64,000 nt of DNA, taken from positions 23,126,001-23,190,000 of the forward strand of contig CM022671.1 in the NCBI GenBank assembly GCA_012295275.1. Reading direction: 5' to 3'. Numbering within the stretch: position 1 is the stretch's first letter; every line of letters begins with the position of its first letter. The position numbers and the translations under genes were made by a program. The DNA is from Chrysomallon squamiferum. Taxonomy: Eukaryota; Animalia; Mollusca. The notes beneath the pieces are model-generated. The model was not told the DNA's origin and searched no databases. It saw only the letters and a list, made by a program, of their open reading frames with translations. Of the stretch, positions 56,554 through 64,000 are shown one piece after another.

Positions 56554-57146
56554 CATAGTACTAGTAATACAAACATCGTCATCAAGAGCAACAACAATAC
56601 TACTACTACTACTACTACTGCTGCTACTGTTATTAATAATAATTATCGTTATGTTCTAATGATTATATTAAACTCCTATTATTATTATTATTAGTAGTAG
56701 TATTATTGTTATTGTTATTATTGTATCAGTACTTTACAGATTCTAATAACATTAAAATGACTCAACCTTTAACAAATAAACAAAAATAAAATAAACAAAA
56801 ATAAAACAGTGTCATACAGGCCAATATTAAACGTAATATGAAAACATTCAGTTGTCAGATAACAAAACTGTTCTAATTAATTCTGTTCTTGGTATTATGA
56901 ATTAAGAGATATTACGTTCGTATCCTATTTTCCACTCACATTTAGAATTCATGTCGTTTACTGTGTACTTAAGTGTAGGTGGTCATTCTTGAAAATCAGT
57001 CGTGCTGGAAGAACTAACTGAATGAAATAAACGAATGAATTAAAATAAATAAATAAATAAACAGAGGTTACTACTACGACCACCACCAACATCAACGGTA
57101 ACAAGTGTAATAATATCAACAATACACCTTCACCACCACCACCACC

Positions 57147-57193
<47 letters not shown>

Positions 57194-59162
57194 TAGTAAT
57201 AAAAACGACAACAACAGTAACAATACAAATTATTACTATTACGAGGTAAAAATGAAAATGGACGTAAAAGATTGTGTTGTTGTTATTATTATTATTATTA
57301 TTGCAAAATGAATTTCTGATACAGCCATCATCTACATATCAGAAGCATGCACTATTTTTCTGATACTGAAATCATTGTACGTGCAACATATTAGAGGAAT
57401 GGGCATTACTGAATTGTTGTCAAGAAAATCAATGAAAACATAACACTACTGTCACGAGAAACCTGTTAAATAAATTTAAAATGTCCTACAATATTTATCA
57501 TTTGCTATTAATTACATTTGCTTTTACAGTACAGGTATGCACTACAACATGCCCGGTCCGTACATACACAGAGCGCTACACGACAATTAGATTCGCCTTA
57601 AATGTTCCCTTTTGTTTCTTCTGTTTTTACAGACGTCCGAACACGGCACAGATCTGTTTCAATATTTGTTCAGATTACGGATTATGTCCCCTTTGGCAGC
57701 GCTTTGCGGAACAATGCCGAGCGTACGGCGAAACTCCCGAACGTGATGATCGGGTACCTTCGGGAATTTGAGGTGTTTTTTCTCAACCCTCACGTAAACA
57801 ATCCGCCCGCACTTTAGACTTGATCCTCGAAACTCTATCTCTTTTCTCTCGTTTCGCTGAATGGACTTGCTTGTGCCTTCTGAAAAGCCCATCGCACGTT
57901 TAGTCGAGCCTTTTCACACCTGCCTCGCTCTGACGTTTCGAATCCCGCTTCTGCTTCATAATGGTTTTAGGATCGAAGGGGTTGGGCGATGACACCATAA
58001 CGCGACACAGTAACCACTGGCTGCACGGACAAACAACAAGGACGGGATCTGATAATCCGGGGCGCCGGATTCTGGGTCACGTTCGTGATTCCGCCCAGCG
58101 CTGCCCAACCGTTTGCATTGTTTCCGCATCCCGTGTACCTTTCTTTTTTTTTTTTTTTTTTTTCAAATCCGTAAACAAATAAATCCGTGAATACCTTTAT
58201 GTTCCCGAGTGTGCATGTACACGTTTAACAAGAAAACGTATTTTGTCATATGTAGTTCTCATGTTACAGTTGTATAGTATTATTTTTTTTTTCATTATTT
58301 TTTTTTATTATTAGTATTATTATTATTATTTTTTTTTATCGCTTCTGTGAAGAACTGTCAGATATGTTTTCATAAAAATTCCTTCCCATTTCATAACTTT
58401 CTTTCTTTCATTCCTTAATTTTTTTTTTTTTTTTTTTTTTTTTATGTTGTTTTCTTCTTTTATCTTTTGATAATAAAGATATATGAATTATTACTATTAC
58501 GGAAGAATTCTATTTTTTTAAATTATTTTTTTTTGGTTTAATTCTATTCTCTTTGTTCAAATAGATCCACGTTTTATGTCGATCTCGCTATTGTTGAACA
58601 TAATACATCCAAACATTACAAAGAACAAATGATAAAAGAAGAAAGTGAAAACGACAACCGTATCACATATATTTATTCTGTGCTGTTTAGGGAAATATTT
58701 ATTTCGTCTGAAAACGGGTAAATAATGAACACTGGTGGTATATTGTGCTTGGTACAAATAAAATGGCTAAGTCATTTTATGTCTTTTTACATAACTGTTT
58801 TTATTTGAATCGGCCTTTGATAATGACAGACATCTATTTTTTCATTTTTTTTTTCAGAGACGATGAGATGCAGTTGATGCAATTCGTGATGACGTGTAGT
58901 ACCCAGACAGCTTTGTTGATGTTTCGTTTAAAGCAGTCAGTTTGTTGTTTCTACATAATACTGTTAGCTGCAGCCGCTTAGACATAATTTAGTACTAAAT
59001 TAACGAGTAGTAGTGGTAGTAATAACGCTGCTGTATCAGTACTAGTAGCTGAAGTTTTAGTGTTCAGATCAGTAATATCTGTATTACTGTGGGTAATTAT
59101 ACTACTTCTTTTATTCCTACTGCTACTAATACTATTACAACTACTGCTACTACTACTACTAT

Positions 59163-59203
<41 letters not shown>

Positions 59204-59492
59204 ATAATAATAATAAAAAGAAGAAGCAGAAGAAGAAACAAATAAATAATAAATGTATTACTGACATCAACATAATGGACTTACGATTATCTGAAAGGAT
59301 AACGCGCTATAACGTAACTGAAAGCAGCAGCAGCTTTGTGGCAACAAGTGAAAGATGTGTTGTTTGTAAAATTATAAACCAGAAATAAGATACCAATGAC
59401 ATAAACTGCAAATTGCAACCGTTGTCTTGACCATTCCATTCTAGACCCTCAGGCGTTAAAACGAATGGTTTAAAATAAAGTTGTTTGTTTGT

Positions 59493-59523
<31 letters not shown>

Positions 59524-60026
59524 TTCATTCATTCATTCCTTTAAAAAATAAAAAAATAAATAAAAAATAAAATAAAATAAAAAGAAAGAAAGTTGAATCA
59601 TAATTTATTTTCTTTCCTTTTTGATATTTCAGATCCTGCCTAGATTCAGTGTAAACGTCATTCGTAAATGCTCTTTTTATACCTACTCTTTGATATTTTG
59701 TGTTGTTCGTGTGTGTGAAGAAACAAGACAAACACTGTGCTTCGTACATTACTTTGCGACACAGTGGCTGTAAAACATTGGCGGGGGGTCATGGATCGGC
59801 TCGGAAGATCAGAGGAACTCCATTTTACTACTAGTCGCTAGGACTACATAAAATTTAATCCACTTTTTTTCTTCTGCTGTAAGATTATCATGCTTCAGCA
59901 AGTTTAAGAGACACAGAAAATATTCGCAGTTTCCATGCTTTACAACCAATTGTAGATTCAGCGCTTAAGTTAAAATCTAGCTTAATTAAATGTTCTTTGA
60001 GTTTGAATTAATTGTTTTCCTTTTAC

Positions 60027-60197
60027 ACTCAGTGCCCGAGAAGTTATTGTCAATGATGGTGGTATAAGTTTCTGTAGGAAGGTGCCATTAAACTGAACCC
60101 TTACTGCTGTGGGTAAGAGTAACCCTGTGAGGGATGTGTCGGGTTTCTTTTCCATTAATTTTAAGGGAAATGTTCTATGAATGTCGTCTTATAACGT
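60027..60197 (+). mobile_element. Diverged SINE relic with Meta/MESC-like core
   Basis: TCTGTAGGAAGGTGCCATTAAACTGAACCCTTACTGCTG aligns loosely with the core at 9602-9640 and is followed by AAGAGTAACCC...CGGGTTTC. Limits approximate. Confidence 0.45.
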
Positions 60198-60605
60198 GCC
60201 ATATTTTATTTCATTATTTTGTGAAAAAAATATAAAATATCTTAATATCCGTTCGTATAAAGATTTAAATATTGTTAAATAAAAATTCATTTATTCGTTC
60301 TTTCAGTCGATTGTTCTTTCGTTCATTTTATCTTTCATTTAACTTTTCTACGTTAGACATTTTTGTAATCAATCTTTCGTAATTACCTGTCTTACGTTTC
60401 CACTGAATAGGTATTATCAAAACTGAAATACACAAAAAAAAATATTCTTTGTATTTAATGACCCTATCTTTTTAGACAAAAATAATTTTAATAATGATTT
60501 CATTTCTGAAATATTACGTAAAAAACCAAAACTGAAATAATTTATGCACATAATTATTATAATTAAACTAAAATAAACCTACATAAAAAGAGACAGGCCG
60601 TGGGT

Positions 60606-60725
<120 letters not shown>

Positions 60726-63012
60726 TAAAACAATATTAAAATCTGGATCTCGTTTTTGTCTTTTCCTATTATATGAAAAGATAAATAGGTAGATAGACAG
60801 ACAAACAGACAGATAGATAGATATATATAGATAGATCGATGAATTGATAGATAAACAGACAGACAGATAGACAGATAGATAGATAAATAATTAGGTATAC
60901 ATATGCGTCTGTGTAAGTATTCATTCATTATTTATTTATTTATATTAATAACAATCATTATGGTACAGCGGGTAGACAACTTACTAAGGCAAGCGGTGAC
61001 TCAGTGGACATAATTACCTGTACCCATTGACGCTAACACCTAAAGTGAGACAACTAAACTTTACTTGACTTGACTAGATTCACGAGACGCGAACTTTGTA
61101 ACACGTAACTTGATTCAGTCTTCACAAACTGATAGATACAGGTCTCGAACGGTGACGTCAGATTGTGAGTTCGAAAGTCATAAAACTTGACTTGACTTGA
61201 CTCGACCTCAATACCTGGCGGAAAATTTGTCTTAAGTTTGATGACACAAATTTGTAAAAAAGTTTTACTTAAAACATGGGAGAAGGTTTTCTTCGTGAAA
61301 CTGGTAAGAGTTTGAACGCAGAGTCGTAGATAGAAACGAACGAGTTCAATGATTTACGAAAATGCACAGATTACGACGGTTAAAAAGAGTTAATTGGTTG
61401 TGACACGGTATACAGTTTAAAGGTACGCATAAATATTTACAACACTTTGCATTTGTTTTTATTATTTTAATTTCCTGCCTAGTTAGGCTTTTTTTTTTTT
61501 ACATGTAGGCTAGAAAAAAAAAAAACTTGTTAATGTCAGGAACTACTGTTCTTGTTGTTTTTATGACATTCAGTTGTTTTTTTGATTTTTTTTTCCGTTT
61601 TTTTTTTTTTTTTCTTGTGTTGGTAGTTGTTTTGATGGAGCGTTTTGTTTTACATTCTGCTTTCATTTATAAAGATAAATAAATAAATTAAATAAACACT
61701 TTAGCATATACAGAAACAAAAACATACGCAAGACAAAAAATAAAATTAAAATAAAATAAAACTAAAAATAATAATTATAATAAAATAAATAAATAATTAA
61801 AGTGAAATAATATAAAAAAAATAAAATAAATATAATAAAAAAATAAATATTATAAATAAATAAATAAATAATCAGTCAAACAAACAAACAAAGAAACACG
61901 TTTTAAGGGGAAGGGTTTTGTTATTTATTTTGTCTAATGTACATGTACTTAATAATCTTACAGCAGTTTTATGCCTGCTGTTTCTTTATTAAAACAACAC
62001 CGCTATAGCCAAGTTTCTTTGATCTAATAAATAAATAGTATATAATTTACTGCATCGTCACTAAAATTAATATATTAAAACATACGGGTACAGTGATTTA
62101 ATGATAACGTAAATGCATGAAAAGAAGTAACCACTAATGAGTCCTGCTTTTATTACTACTACATCTACAACAACAACAGCAATAACTATTACCACTATTA
62201 CTGCTGCTACTACCACAATTACTACAACTAATACTATTACTACGTTACTTCTGCTGCTATTACTACTACTACTACTACCACGTATAATAATAATAATAAG
62301 ACGAAAAGATGTATCAAATTTGTTAATCGAAGTGTAACTACGGAAACGCTTAATCTCTACAAATACAAGAGAGAGAGAGAGAGAGAGAGAGAGATCGAAA
62401 GAAAAAAAAAAGAAAAAAAAGAAGAAAGACACAGCGTAATAAAATATCTTCACAGAACGTTGGAAATTCGACACCATGCGTAAAACAAGAACGTGGCCCC
62501 ATAGATCAATGCTCTTGTCTTGAACATTGTTCAGCAAATTGTTTTATAACAGCCTCTTCCTGTGGCTTTCAAAGAACATCAGTGGACGACCAGCCTTTTG
62601 TTTGTCGTTGTTTATCGTATTTCTTTCAAATACACGTGCAGATGAAGTCTCGTGTAGAGAGAGCACGTGCTTCAATTCACTGACAGTTCCATGTTGACGC
62701 CAAAATGGGAGACATTCCGGAATAACGTCATTCACGGAATTAGGGGAGATTAACAAGCCGGAAGTTGACCTCTTTGTTTACCGACGATTTGCGTCGGTTG
62801 TTCTTCTACTGTAACAGTCTGCGGTTCCGAGTGACACATTTGGTTATTACAATCACTGTGTACTCGATAATTTTGATGTCTATTACATAATTTGTAATTT
62901 ATACGATGTAATTACAGCCGCAAAAGTTCAAATAAGAGAAAAGGAACAAAAATCTCGTAATTTCGTGCGAGAGTTGTAACAAGTACAAGAATCTTTTTTT
63001 CAAGATAATAAT

Positions 63013-63286
<274 letters not shown>

Positions 63287-64000
63287 TTGACTTCTTTTCT
63301 TTCTATCTCTATCAGTCTATATCTATCTGCCTCTATCAATTTACCTCTAAGTTACGAGAATTTTATATATTTTTTTTTTTAAAACTAAATAAACCCAGAA
63401 AAACAACACCATACTGCTTTCGTGATGAAGCAAAGCCAACTGGCTCTGCAAATGAAAACAAGAAGAATATCCTATTTTACGTTCTCGTCGGTCGTGACAA
63501 GATAATGATGAAAATTAGATTAATGGTAATTAAGTCTGGCTGCAGGTAAGTCACAAGCAAATGGAACGTTAACAGCGGGCTTGTCATAGCGTCACAAGAA
63601 GAAAAAAGATTAGAGAGAGAAAAAAAAAAAAAAAAAAAAAATGTACCAATAACCAATTACCTTTTATAACTCGTTTTTCGATTTAATCATGGAACCGCCA
63701 TTAATGATAAATTGCAGACATTTCCTCTCATTGTCACGTGACCTTCAATTAAATTTATAGACATCTTTGTACCGAGTGTTACATGGGACGATACATTTTT
63801 TTTTTTTTTTTTTTTTTTTTAATGTTACACGATGTCAAAAATAGCTTTATTATTATTATTATTATTATCGATATCAATATAATTTATTTTATAAACTTTG
63901 AGATATGTATGATGCAATAATTATCTATATACCAAGCCCTTCCCTACCTTCCTACGTACCTAACATTAACTAACTAACTAACTAAATCAAACAACCATAC

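Noticed and set aside
57481-58182. Cluster of 70-96-aa ORFs in a CpG-rich island
   Set aside because: No recognisable protein similarity; better explained as non-coding GC-rich sequence.
60985-61004. TAAGGCAAGCGGTGACTCAG resembles miR-124 (TAAGGCACGCGGTGAATGCC)
   Set aside because: Mismatch at position 8, divergent 3' end, and the upstream sequence does not form a convincing precursor arm.

Overview
Eukaryotic, very AT-rich, microsatellite-dense genomic DNA. It is probably a mollusc (gastropod-like), inferred from SINE remnants that resemble the Meta/MESC-core family as I recall it. The only recognisable protein-coding gene is the 3' part of a CYP4-family cytochrome P450 on the + strand (1-4980). 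It has 10 exons that splice in frame with GT-AG junctions into 363 aa ending at TAA, with the EGHDTT, ExxR, PERF and FSAGSRNCIG motifs. CpG frequency rises abruptly at about 6.0 kb. The remaining ~58 kb holds no identifiable coding sequence: CpG-retaining complex islands alternate with microsatellites, four degenerate minisatellites, a six-unit array of ~120-bp blocks separated by (CA)n, and three SINE relics. The most notable unexplained structures are four copies of a 20-bp bZIP+homeodomain composite motif (20-26 kb), a duplicated ~115-bp enhancer-like module (51.1 and 53.6 kb), an identical 21-mer pair (35.1 and 38.5 kb), a CpG-rich promoter-like island (19.2 kb), an orphan well-formed exon (31001-31108), and a partial hammerhead-like fold in the 29.5-30.4 kb array. 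I cannot demonstrate a new biological system from sequence alone; these are testable leads.
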